Assembly (NCBI GenBank): GCA_044892525.1
Contig: CM097885.1
Location: forward strand, 11,720,001 to 11,784,000
Source of the DNA: Schmidtea polychroa
Taxonomy: Eukaryota
Reading direction: 5' to 3'
DNA: 64,000 nt
Position numbers and translations under genes: made by a program. Shown here piece by piece: positions 12,924-25,521 of the stretch. Within the stretch, counting starts at the first letter, position 1; each line of letters opens with the position of its first letter. The notes under the pieces are model-generated. The model worked only from the letters and a program-made list of their open reading frames with translations. It made no database searches and was not told where the DNA came from.

Positions 12924-13535
12924 ATGACCTCGAAGAGTTCCTCTACTGAAGAATCTTTGCAAGAATTAATAAATTCAAATAAAAATAAATCAGTAGTAAT
13001 TGATGGTAAAAAATATTTTATTGGAAAACATGTAAAAGAACAAGTTAGAGCGAAGCTGAAGGGCTCTTCGACTAAAGAAGGCGGCATTCTTCCATTAGCT
13101 GCTTTAATACCTGCAATCATTGCTGGTTTATCAGGTGCTGCTGGAATAGCTGGTGGAATTGCAACTACAGTTCAAAAAGCTAAAGAATCTCAAAAGACAG
13201 ACCTAGAAAAAGAAAAACTACAAACTGAAATCGATTCAATGAAGAAGGTAGGGCAAGCTAAGGGAAAAGGCCTCTATCTTAATCCATATGAGGGGACTCT
13301 GTCTGAAGGTCAAAAGTCTCAGGGGACTCTGTCCAAGGGAAAGGGTCTCTATCTTGATCCTTATAAAGGTAGAGGTTTAAATGATTTTTTAAAAAATCAA
13401 ATTTCTACATCTGAATCTTTATCTTCAAAAGATAAAGATGATTTTAAAAAAATATGTAAATCTTTAAAGAATGGATGCCTTTGTAAAACTAAAAATGGTA
13501 AAGGTTTATACTTGAAGCCCTTCGAACCCCATTGA
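12924..13535 (+). CDS. Putative virion core/membrane-active protein
   Basis: GG followed by hydrophobic ILPLAALIPAIIAGLSGAAGIAGG; three GKGLYLxP repeats. Confidence 0.65.
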   Translation: MTSKSSSTEESLQELINSNKNKSVVIDGKKYFIGKHVKEQVRAKLKGSSTKEGGILPLAALIPAIIAGLSGAAGIAGGIATTVQKAKESQKTDLEKEKLQTEIDSMKKVGQAKGKGLYLNPYEGTLSEGQKSQGTLSKGKGLYLDPYKGRGLNDFLKNQISTSESLSSKDKDDFKKICKSLKNGCLCKTKNGKGLYLKPFEPH

Positions 13536-13557
13536 TACCATTTTTAATACCATAAAA

Positions 13558-14256
13558 ATGGTATATGAAAAAAGATTAGCACTTTTAAAAAAATTACAAT
13601 CTGAACAAGATAAATATAATAAAAAAGATACAACTCAACATGCTGAATCTATAATATTAAATGAGGTAATAACACAACAACAGGGGCCAACAATTAAAGC
13701 TATAGAGGGACTTAAAACTATAGAATTTCCTCTAACCCCTGAACTTAAAGCTATAGAACCTTCTAAAAAGGAATTATCAAGATTAATGGGTTTAAGAAAA
13801 CGTAGAAATACTATTGATTTAGAAGAAGATGAATTTCTTTCAAGATTAACACCTCTTAAGACTCCAATTAATTTTAAAATTAATACATCACTAGCTCCAT
13901 CAATTATACCTACTATAGGTTATGATCCTAGAGGTTTTCAAACAATAACAATTAATAATCAAAAATTTTATATATATTTAAATTCAAAAAATAATCCAGC
14001 GATTATTTCAACAAATAGTTTTATGAATAGAGAGCGTGTAGACATTGAACTTTCAGATGGTTTTCATGGATTAATTTCTGGATATCTTCCAGATGATGTT
14101 AAGAAAGAAGAAATTGATAAATATTTAAACTTAATAAAATTAATACATGGTAGTTCTAAAGCAAAACATATTCAAGATTTAAAGAATTATTTAAATAAAA
14201 ATGAAAGGGGTTATGTTGTTACAGAGGGTAAGATATTAACACATTTAGTTATGTAA
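13558..14256 (+). pseudogene. Conserved Polinton protein, 3'-truncated at 14232
   Basis: Its C-terminus with the LL..K.AG.N motif is found inverted at 8350-8520. Confidence 0.7.
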
Positions 14257-14780
14257 GCCCCCCAAAAACGGAGTATAACATAATAACAATCGAACCCGGA
14301 GCTTATGAGATAAAAGATTTAAATAATATACTTTCTAAAAAAACAAATGGAGTCATTAAAATTAAAATGGATTTACCAACTTCAAAATGTATAATGACTT
14401 TAGAGAATATAGGAATTCATTTTCAAAATAATAGTTTCTTTAGAACAATTTTAGGATTTACACAAAACCATTATAGCACACCTGAAGTTACATCAGAAAA
14501 TATTATAAAAATAATAAATACAAACACAATAAATATTCATTGCGATTGTATAACTAGTTCTTATAATAATGGTAAACAAACAAATGTTTTATATTCCTTT
14601 CCCTCAAACACAGTTCCTATGGGATATAAAATAGTTGAAAGAATGAATCCTCCAAATTATTTACCTTTATGTAGAAAATATATAATGGATATTAATTTTA
14701 AAATTCTTAACCAATAAGGAGAATTGATTGATTTTAATGGAGAAGAGATTTCAATGTATTTACATTTGAAACAGGTTTGA
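14233..14780 (+). pseudogene. Minor capsid protein (penton), C-terminal part
   Basis: INTFSY...IEPGAYEI.D, INIHCDCI..SY.NG, P.YLP, then TAA 14715-14717 and GELIDFNGEEISMYLHLKQV*. Confidence 0.85.
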
Positions 14781-14804
14781 AGATTCATTTTAAATTATTA
14801 ATAA

Positions 14805-15782
14805 ATGAGTTCTTATATTCCTTGTAATAGAGGTGGTGGAACAATAAAAACAGGGTTTAATACAGAAGAAATATTAACTTTAACAGAAAATAAATATGTT
14901 AATGAAAGAGGTGATTCAATGAAAGGAGATTTAAATTTAAATGGACACAAGATAAAAGATTTATCTTTACCAATTGATGAAGGTGATGCTGCTAATAAAA
15001 ATTATACTGATTTAACAACAACAAGAATTGAAAGTTCATTAACAACAAAAATTGATTCAATGGAATCAAAGCTTAATAATATCGAACAACGATTTAATGA
15101 TAAATTTGACAAGTTACAAAGTCTGTTAACTGAACAAGTTGTAAAGTTAAATACTAGCATATTAAATTCTAAAGATAAACAAATTATGAATACTAAATTT
15201 AATACAATATATAATATAATAAATGAGATGATTACATCATTTAATAAAAGACTTTCAAATTTAGAGTCTCATACAACACATATTAACACCACACATAGTA
15301 TTAGAAAAAGAGCTGCTGAATTAGAACAGAATAAAACATTATTACCCCATACATATAAACATTTTATAGAACCAACTTTAATAACAACAAATAGTAAAGA
15401 ATGGAGTGTTTTTATGGTTGTAAAGATTATTGATCCTTATTTCTTTTTATTTGATGATGATAATGAAAGAATGAAATGGTTTGTGAAATGTGATTATAAT
15501 AGTAAGTTTGAAAAGGGTGATGTTATAATAAGTGGTTATGATTTAACACATGGATATTGGCATGATAAAACTGATTCACATAAAACACATAAAGTTAAAA
15601 GTAAGAATATTATTTTTAAAAGCACACTTGTACAATATATAGATTTAATATTTTATGAAAAAAAGGTTGATGTTGATGAAGTTCGTAAAGCATTGATGGA
15701 ATTGTATAAAGACATTCTCTCAACAAGAGTCTCTTATGATATCCGAGTATTGGTACCAGATAATAAAATTTTATTTTTTTAA
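14805..15782 (+). CDS. Fiber/adhesin-like protein
   Basis: GDSMKGDLNLNGHKIKDLSLP....DAANKNY trimeric fiber-type motif, coiled coil, distinct C-terminal domain. Confidence 0.6.
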   Translation: MSSYIPCNRGGGTIKTGFNTEEILTLTENKYVNERGDSMKGDLNLNGHKIKDLSLPIDEGDAANKNYTDLTTTRIESSLTTKIDSMESKLNNIEQRFNDKFDKLQSLLTEQVVKLNTSILNSKDKQIMNTKFNTIYNIINEMITSFNKRLSNLESHTTHINTTHSIRKRAAELEQNKTLLPHTYKHFIEPTLITTNSKEWSVFMVVKIIDPYFFLFDDDNERMKWFVKCDYNSKFEKGDVIISGYDLTHGYWHDKTDSHKTHKVKSKNIIFKSTLVQYIDLIFYEKKVDVDEVRKALMELYKDILSTRVSYDIRVLVPDNKILFF

Positions 15783-15790
15783 TTATTAAA

Positions 15791-16381
15791 ATGGAAGAAG
15801 TAAGAGAAGAAAAAGTTTACCCAGAATTGTCATCAGGATATTATTCCCCCAAACCTTCGGGACCTTCGGGAACTTCAGCTCCCACAGAACTTGAAATTAT
15901 GAGAGTAAAAGAATTTAAGTCAGAAACCTTACATTTAAAAGATTTATTAAAGCATTATAAAAAAATTAAAAATAGATGGAATAAAGGGAATACAGTTTTA
16001 AAAGTTATAGGTTATTCTTTAGGATTTGCATCTGCAATATTAACAGTTATTTTACCTATAACTTTACCAGTTTTAACACTTGCGCCAGTAATACTTGGAA
16101 GTATTTCTGTAGCTGATGGTTTCCTAACTGAAATAGTTTCACTATCTTATACTTCAAAAAAGAAAAGTTTATATCGTGAAGTTTGTTTATCAATAGAATT
16201 AGGAATCTCTAAATTATTTTTATTTCAATTAAAAGCTTTGGAAGATGGAATCTTAACTGATGATGAAATAATGAAATCAAATCAAATAATACAAGATATT
16301 AAAAATAATATTAATAGATTAAAAAGTGCTAATGTTATAACTAATGAATATTCTAAAAAATTAAACGGGAGAAATGGTTAA
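15791..16381 (+). CDS. Membrane protein with hydrophobic hairpin
   Basis: 196 aa, N-terminal VYPEL, ~45-aa hydrophobic segment flanked by basic helices. Confidence 0.65.
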   Translation: MEEVREEKVYPELSSGYYSPKPSGPSGTSAPTELEIMRVKEFKSETLHLKDLLKHYKKIKNRWNKGNTVLKVIGYSLGFASAILTVILPITLPVLTLAPVILGSISVADGFLTEIVSLSYTSKKKSLYREVCLSIELGISKLFLFQLKALEDGILTDDEIMKSNQIIQDIKNNINRLKSANVITNEYSKKLNGRNG

Positions 16382-16476
16382 AGAATTCTTATTTATAAAA
16401 TGGGTGTATTTTTAAAAAAGTAGATCAGGTTGCTATAGTTGCTTAAATTAATTGTCGACATTTTATTATTAAAAAA

Positions 16477-19400
16477 TTAAATATCGTTGAAAGCCAACCT
16501 TTGAATCATTAATTTATGATCTTTAAATTCTTTATCACTTAGACCTTTTATATATTCAGGATCAGTATTAAAATATTTAAGTTCTAAACATATAGGATTA
16601 AAAACTTGAGAATATAAAGGCTTCTCGATTTCTCTCTCGGGATAAATGATTTCAACATTATAAATATCAAGATCAGTAATTTTTGTATCATATAACTTAT
16701 TCAACTTTTCTAGATTTTTTATTATCGGTATTAAATTATTTCCAATAGGTAGAGTTGTCTTTAAATCACTTAGGATGAATCTCTTATCATCATAATTTGA
16801 TAATGATACTTTTTGAGATTCTATCAAGTGAATATCATGGTTTTCGCTTTTAATCTGATGCACTTCATCAATTTTATCTTTATGATTTGGATTCAATGTA
16901 TCTATATAATCTTGATGAGAAAGATTCTTTGCAACGGATTTCTGTATTCCTTTACATCTGTTATCCTTTACAGGTTTTTCTTCTTGTCCCTCTGGTCCTT
17001 TAGGGAATATAGGATATTTAAATGAAATAATTTCCTCTTTTTCTGGGGTTTTAAATATAATTTCTCGGGTTATAAATTCAGGGTTTTTAAATGTTTCGTA
17101 TGAATATTGTTTAGCACGAATAAATATTCCATTTTCTATAGGAGTAAAAGGTTTTTCATCTTTAAATGAAAATAATTCTCCAGTTGAATTTATTAAATTT
17201 GAAAGTATAGGATTTTCAGCTATATCTCTTTGTAAATCATGAGTTCTTATTGTTAAAAACATTGAATCTGTATCCATTGCATGCATTGATATATTAGAAC
17301 CATATATAGGTTGTAAGATGTTATAATATGTTTCATACATTTGTAATTTTGAAAGTTCTAAAATTGAAAACCCTATAAATATTGGTTTGTTGTATGTTTT
17401 ATCAAAATTCTTTAGTTCTACTGCAGTAAGATTTCCAGAAAATACTTGTGCGTTTTTAAATGTAGGCTTTCCTAGCATACGATTATAACGCTTAATGTCT
17501 TTGGTAGTATTTGTTAGGAGTTCAATATGAGTATATTTATCAACATTCTCCATTGTTTTCCCAAAGACTGAATTATTTAAAAGTTTATAATTATTATCTT
17601 TAAAAAGGTTACCTTCTCTTTTTGCAATGTTTCGACATCTAATGTTCTCCTCGATAAAAGCTTTCATGAATGGCCTCTGTTTAAATCTTATGACACTATG
17701 AACTTTTTTTAATATCATACCTCGTGAAAGATAAAATTGGAGGAGTCTATAGTGACAAAGATAAAACCTTCGATCTGTTTGATCACAAAGAAGTTTCATT
17801 GTTGGGGGTTTATCTTGTGAGATTTGCCATTCAGAAAGTTCGTTGATATCAATCTTTCTTCTTACAGGAGCTAAAGGGAAATATCTTGTTCCTGATTTTA
17901 TATCATCTGGATAAAATAAGTCACATTCTACAAAGTAACCTATTGGAGAATCTTTAGGTGTTGAAAGTATTTCTTTTATAAGAGTCTTTGATGATTCTAT
18001 TTCAATGAAATCACCCATTGGTAAATATTGAGTCATAATTCCTGAATATAAAGCTGTTGCATCTATATAAAGTATAAATAGAGGATTTTTCATTGTTTCT
18101 AATAATTCTTTTAATTCCTCATTGTTAATTTTTATATATGGATCATTAGGGTGTTTAGAGAGTCTTCTGCTAGTAGTTATTGCATTTCTAGCTTTTATTT
18201 CTCTATTCCCCATTACTGAAGAGACTCCTCCTCTAATGTTTGTTTTAATTAGATTAAACATATCGAGGTTAGTTAAAAGATCTATAATTTTATCAGCTTC
18301 TTCTATATTTGAAGTCCAAATGGTATATAATAAAGTATCCCAAGCTAAAGAGGGTGCTGTTATATAATTGTAAGGTTTAAGAACAAAAGATTTTGTAAAT
18401 TCTTCAAAGCAATCTGCTAGAATATAAACATCCAAGGATAAATACATACTTGTATATTCTCCTAAAGTTTTACACTTGAATAATTCCCACATTTTATTTG
18501 CTCGAGAATATTCTTGATTTGTAATATGATTTTTTTGAAGTTGTGAATAGAAATCTTCTTGGCTAGGAAGACTTGTTTCATTATATCTTTCAAACGAGTC
18601 AACATAGTCATAAGGATATATTCCTTTTGCTAAACATGTAGGATATTCTTCTAGAGGAATATTATTTTTTTCCAAGAATTCTCGAGTGATTTTAAAATCT
18701 TCTGGTTTCATTGTTTTAGCTATTCCATCTAGAGACATTTGAAGAAAGTTTAACGAGTCTATAAATTTTAATTTTCCATATTCAACTGATTTATATTTTT
18801 CCTTTGTAAGTCCTATAACTTTGAAAGAGTTTTTAGCATTTGCTGCTAAATGTTTAATAAATAGATGTATGTCATAACCAAAAAGATTATGAAATATAAC
18901 AGGTACAAATTTAGGAGTATGACAATTAAGATTACAATTTTTATGAGCTGCTCCTCGATAATTATTTTCCTTTTTTAAATGATCATGATCGAGGACTTTT
19001 ATATTCGGAGACTCTTCAAATGGTTGTTTACACATCCAACAGTTGGAAGTGTTTTCATATTCTTGTTGTTGTTGATTAGAAATATTTTGAGGATAGTTTG
19101 TTTTTAATACTTTAAATATTTCATGTTCTAGATCATTTATACTTTTAGTAAAATGATTCAAGACTTCTGTTTCTGAAATTCCTCGAAATGTATATTCTCT
19201 AGATTCTATGAGTTCAGGATAATTACTTTTAAATAATAATTTATAAGCAGATGGTAATTGTTTAGTTTTTTTAACACTATTAGGTTTATTCCTTTTTCTT
19301 AGAAAGGCTTTCATCCTCTCTGGTTTCATCTTCTCTCCTGAGGAGTTCTAGGAATCCATGAGTTTATTTTTCTCTATTATTTTAAAATATTGTTTAACCA

Positions 19401-19545
19401 AATCTTGTTTACGATTTATAGATTCAAAGTCCCCATAAAGCACTCCTACTGTTTGTAGTAAATTTGAAAAGTTTTTAAAATACATCTTGGGATTATTAGG
19501 CATTTTAATTAAAGCTGGATCATCTTTTTCACAAAATCTTGTATG
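16477..19545 (-). pseudogene. Protein-primed DNA polymerase B of element 1, C-terminal part
   Basis: YGDFES (ExoI), in-frame TAG 19348-19350, CxxC...DHDH...YRGAAH..CN (EndoVII-like), FHNL.GYD, KGIYPY, YIDATALY, KLLNNSVFGK, MDTDS, KG. Confidence 0.95.
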
Positions 19546-19551
19546 TTTAAT

Positions 19552-20751
19552 AGTAGTAGGATGTGGGCCATCCAGATCATGTCCCCTCCAGATCACATAT
19601 ACCCCCTCCCCCCCCCGGGGAAAAAATTTTTTTTTTAAATAAAAGGTCAAGGTCATTTATTTTTTTTTAATTAAATTTTTTGTTTTAATTAAGTGATCCA
19701 GAGGGGACCTACTTTTTTTCTTCCCAAAAATTAATGTTCCTGCCAACAGATTTTATTGACCGATACCTCATCTTAAAGCTCAGTCCAAGACCTTTCGAAT
19801 GAGCTATAGGTATCATATATATCTTTAATAGTTTTAATGTTATTAACATTTAATGACCACCATCTTTTAAAGTTAAATTATTATTATTTGTCAAAATATT
19901 ATTAAGTGATCCAGAGGGAACCTACTTTTTGTCATCCCAAAGATTAATGTTCCCGCCAACATATTATATTGATCGATAGCTTATTTTAAAGCTCTGTGCA
20001 AGACCTTTCTAAGGAGATATAGATTTCTATAATATGATGACTCATCACATTTTTAAAACAAAGACAATGACTCGTCATATTTTTAGAACGATGCCTAATA
20101 TTTTTAGAATGATTACGTCATAATTTTAGAACGATGTCTATTATTTTTAGAATGATGCCTAATATTTTTAGAATGATTACGTCATACTTTTAGAACGATG
20201 CCTATTATTTTTAGAATGATGTCTAATATTTTTAGAACGATTACGTCATACTTTTAGAACGATGCCTAATATTTTTAGAATGATTACATCATACTTTTAG
20301 AACGATGCCTATTATTTTTAGAACGATGCCTTTTAATTTTAGAATGATGCCTAATATTTTTAGAACTATTACGTAATCGATGTCTAATATTTTTAGAATG
20401 ATGCCTAATATTTTTAGAATGATGCCTAATATTTTTAGAACTATTACGTAATCGATGTCTAATATTTTTAGAACGAAGCCTAATATTTTTAGAGCGATTA
20501 CGTCATACTTTTAGAACGATGCCTCTTATTTTTAGAATGATTACGTCATATTTTTAGAACGATGCCTAATATTTTTAGAACGATTACGTCATATTTTTAG
20601 AACGATGTCTAATATTTTTAGAACGATGCCAAATATTTTTAGAACTAATAATTTTTGTTTTAATTATCGAATACGTAAAAATATAATTTTGTTTAAATCG
20701 TTGATTACATATTATTATTTTCTAAGTTTTATTATTATTATTATTATTATA

Positions 20752-20786
<35 letters not shown>

Positions 20787-20849
20787 CTATCCGACAAAAT
20801 ATTCTGTCCCCCTATGGGTATTGCTCACAAAGGTACTACTCACACTCAA
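19552..20849 (+). repeat. Left TIR of element 2, including ~20-bp tandem array
   Basis: Reverse complement of 32008-33431; array of TTTTAGAA(C/T)GATGCCTAATA and TTACGTCA units at ~20080-20645. Confidence 0.9.
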
Positions 20850-20869
20850 TATGTCGTAAATTATTATTA

Positions 20870-20892
20870 TTATTATTTCAAATACAAGTTCA

Positions 20893-20961
<69 letters not shown>

Positions 20962-21076
20962 CAAAAAATCTAAAATATGGTTTACACACACACACACACA
21001 ACCCATTAACAATTATTTGTATCAATATTAGTGAAAACCTAAAATATCTTCTACACACATATACAACCCATTAAAC

Positions 21077-21138
<62 letters not shown>

Positions 21139-21251
21139 CAAAAAATCTAAAATATGGTTTACACACACACACACAACCCATTAACAATTATTTGTATCAA
21201 TATTAGTGAAAACCTAAAATATCTTCTACACACATATACAACCCATTAAAC

Positions 21252-21307
<56 letters not shown>

Positions 21308-21420
21308 CAAAAAATCTAAAATATGGTTTACACACACACACACGACCCATTAACAATTATTTGTATCAATATTAGTGAAAACCTAAAATATCTTCTACAC
21401 ACATATACAACCCATTAAAC

Positions 21421-21492
<72 letters not shown>

Positions 21493-21720
21493 GCAAATAT
21501 TAGTCAAAAACATAAAAACACACACTCAACCAATTAACAATTATTATTATCAATATTATTATTATTGCAAATACTAGTCAAAAACTTAAAATTTTTTTTT
21601 TACACACACACAACCCATTAACAATTATTATTATCAATATTAGTGAAAACCTAAAATATGGTTTACACACACACACACAACCCATTAAACTTTATTATTA
21701 TCATTATTATTATTATAATT
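20870..21720 (+). repeat. ~170-180 bp tandem repeat with AAT and CA tracts
   Basis: Three near-identical units CAAAAAATCTAAAATATGGTTTACACAC...CCCATTAAACTTT plus degenerate copies. Confidence 0.9.
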
Positions 21721-22066
21721 ATTATTATTATTAGTGAAAAAACCTTAAATAATTTTTACATACTAAGTTATGGGGTAGAGTATTATTATGTTTGCAGTAT
21801 TCTGCCTTTACAGGAAGTTGTCAATAAGGAGCGATAATTTTACACACACATTCTATATACACATACCTTGTTTAACATGGGTGTATATACTCATAGTTTA
21901 TCCGACAAAATATTCTGTCCCCCTATGGGTATTGCTCACAAAGGTACTACTCACACTCAACATATCGCAAGGGTATATTAATTAGGGTTAGTAAATAAAA
22001 CCTATCACACATACTATTTAAACTATAAAAATCAAGACAAGAGAGGACAAGGCAAAGTTTATGCAA

Positions 22067-22291
22067 TTATTATTGCCAGGCCTAATGAGCAGTGACCAAA
22101 TATCTGTGCCTGAAAGACACGGTGGATATTTGTTCGCGTCCACAAGGGTCGTCTGTGCCTCCCCCAAGTGGGGTCAAAAGAACCTGGGCATTATAGTTTT
22201 CCGTACGGAACATTACGCCTAGCATGGGTAGTCAACTACCAGCACATTCGAAACGTATAATTTCAAAATACATGCGTCATTGGCACTATAA
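22067..22291 (+). ncRNA. Candidate structured RNA with degenerate hammerhead-like frame
   Basis: GC-elevated island with multiple hairpins; CTAATGA 22082, GAAAC 22250, stem ACGTAT/ATGCGT, GTC 22276, TGCCA/TGGCA closing stem. Confidence 0.35.
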
Positions 22292-24905
22292 CCAAATTAA
22301 TTAATGTTTTCACTAACACAAATATATATTTACAGAGGCCTCCCACTAGTTGGATTACAACCGCCCACCACGACGATCAGCTTGTAAATATATATTAATT
22401 AAGGGATAAAGAGGACCCACCCAACCCTATTATATTTAATTTACAAATTTTTCTCGCTCTTCTGATGGTATTCTATCTCAAAATTATCATCTCCATCGGG
22501 CCATTTGGAATACATCTTGCGAATTGGACGTATTTCTTAGTTTCTGATGTGGCGTCAACTATCATTGCTAAAATTTATATTGATTTAAAAGCAATTAACT
22601 TACATTATCTAGCATTTTATCGTCACAGGCTTGATAAATTAGGCAACTGTTATTTGTGGTATACTTTTTCAATGTCATTTCCCACCATAAAACACAGATA
22701 CCTAAATATAATATATATATTTTAAAGAATTAATTCATGTCTTACATTAATAATAATATTCTTCAGGTAGTACTTTACAATATCTCATTGCTAAAACATC
22801 GGTTTTTCCCATTTTTCTTGACATTCGTTGAAAGTTTACATAATTTAAGTCTGATAATTCATGTTGAAGGACACCCACAATCAGCTAATTCATTTAAGAA
22901 ATCCAGAACATAGCAATGTTTCACCATTTTGTCTGGTTCATTTTCTTCTATAATTCATGTTTTAATAAGAAATTTCTAAATCCAGAACATAAGTCATTTA
23001 GTGTTTCACCATTTTATCTGGTTCATCTTCTTCATAATCATATAATTCATTTTCTTCATTACTAAGTAAAATAATTAAAATATTGTAGTAAATTCTTTAT
23101 TTACTTACTTTATGGATACTAAAACGAAAGAAATAAAGTTATATCAAAAGTATATTTAAATAAATTAAATTTAAATAATTTAATTTAGTTATTTAAAAAT
23201 ATTTAAACAATTTAGTTATTTAAGCATATTTAAACATTAACATTATTATATAGTATAATTTTATATAATATTATAATTTTATGTACACTTATATATCCTT
23301 CATTTAATTTTTTAAATTCAAAATTTATAATGAAGATTCTTTGAATTAAAAAATATTCTGTTAGTATTTCCAGGCAGTAAACAACGAATTCAATAATTAA
23401 AATCTTAATTTTCATGTTGTTAGGGTTGTGGCCAGAATTTAATCGCCATCTAATCGTTTGTTCTCAATTTCGCTCATTTTTGTTCAAAACATTCAGGTGA
23501 GTTGTTATCTGGAAAGTTTCTTTGAGCTCAGTTTTGTTAAAACACTCACGGTATTTTTGAGGGACGTGACACTGGGAATAAATTAACAATGGGTGGTCAT
23601 CCATACATGTTGTTGGTTTGAACTGTTGATTTATTTTAGAAATATGTATATTAAAAACATTTAAGGTATCATTCAGTAAAATAATATAGTATTTTTGAGT
23701 ATTTTTAGTTGATTTATAAATAACAGTATTTTGATATATCAATAAAGACCATATACTCCTAGTTTATCCGACAAAATATTCTGTCCCCCTATGGGTATTG
23801 CTAGCAAGGGTACTGGTCACATTCAACATGTCGCAATATTAATCATTTAGAAATTCTTAGGTAAGATAATCAGAAATTTGTGAATATTTTAAATGTAACT
23901 TTACACTTATGTCGAGCGACTAATTTATTGGTTAACTTTGTAGTCATTTAAAGCAAAAATTAATTTATTCATCTAATGTTCGTTACAATAGTTAATAATA
24001 TGAGAAAAACATGGTCATTATTCATTGATAATTTTAAATTCTTTATCATTTGGAGTAAATTTGTTTGAGGCAAAAATAATTAAAGGAGTCATAATAGAAA
24101 TATGGTTATCATTTAACCAAATAAGGTGCTTATTAGTTAAAAATATATATTATAAAGTAACAATTATTTTCTAATTTAATTAGATGATCATTAGACGTAA
24201 TATATCTTTGCGAGAAATTTAAGATGTTTGAGTAACCAAAACATGGATATTTTGTGCGATAAATTTATTAATAGTGCTTAATTTTCTCATTTTTAGTCAT
24301 TTAAAATAATATTTAGCAAAGGTAATTTAGCAAAATATCACTTATCCATCCGATAATAATATTCCTTCAATAGATTTTACCTTTAATATTCAACCGATTT
24401 AATTTCTAATTAAAATCATAAAATTCCTTCAATAAAGATCAATTTTCTTTAACCGTTGTCGATTTCCAACTTTTAAGTCAATATTTCTCAAGTTTTGTCA
24501 CTGATGTCCCCACAATGAATAAAATAACTTCTTAAGTAAAATAATTTAAAGCAATAACCTTTGATATCAATTATCTCTAAATATTTCAAATATTTCATTG
24601 TGAAAACCAAGTAAATTGATCATTAACCCTAAAAGACTTAATAAAACAGTGGATAATTAATAAAAAACTGGTTCTAAAACATAAATCTAAATTACTGTGC
24701 AATGACATTCATCACAACCTAATAAACCTCTAAAACGATATAATTTCACAGGAACTATTATTAATTCATAGCTAAATACTGACTATTTCCCTTTAAAATT
24801 TTACCAATAAGAACATTGTCGATTTAAATAGAGATTTCAAACATTTCCACCATAACCGATTCCTCACCAAATATTTCTACCATTTTAAACACCCCCTTAA
24901 AAATC

Positions 24906-24965
<60 letters not shown>

Positions 24966-25048
24966 TTAATAATAATAATAATAATAATATTAATAATATT
25001 AATAATAATAATAATAATAATAAAATAATAATAATATTAATAAAATAA

Positions 25049-25079
<31 letters not shown>

Positions 25080-25109
25080 AACAACAACAAAGGATACAAA
25101 ATACATTTA

Positions 25110-25493
25110 TTAATCATCAAATTTTTTATACAACAACCAAGCTAAACAATGTTGACCGCATGTTTGTGTCAAGGGATTTTGAAACATTGTTTTATTATAT
25201 ACAATAGGTTTCCCCATTGTTTGTAGTTTTGATACCAACAAAGCAGGGTAATAGAAACCCATAGGATCGAACACGAATATATTACTAGGTTTCACATATA
25301 TAGCAATCCAATGTTCTCCACCAAGATGAGACGATTGAGTATTGACGATTATGGCTTGATTATTGCTCAAATATGGGATTTTATCGAGAGGAAAAACTCC
25401 TACAAATTCATTTCCCAATATCTGTTTTCCAATTCTATTGACCTGAACAGAACTACTTTAATAAATTAAACAGTATTGAAAAACTTACTCCAT
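25110..25493 (-). CDS. Adenain-like protease, two exons (intron 25453-25488)
   Basis: ATG GA|gtaagt...tag|T TCT GTT CAG gives MDSVQVNRIGKQILGNEFVGVFPLD; GEHW, FDPMG, Q..LTQTCGQHC. Confidence 0.9.
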
Positions 25494-25521
25494 GACAACT
25501 TTTTGATGTTTCTGTATACAT

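Noticed and set aside
20080..20645. CRISPR-like look of the ~20-bp repeat array
   Set aside because: No unique spacers, no cas genes, eukaryotic context; it is a TIR minisatellite
20080..20645. Heat-shock elements in the TTTTAGAA repeats
   Set aside because: They lack the alternating nTTCn/nGAAn triplets
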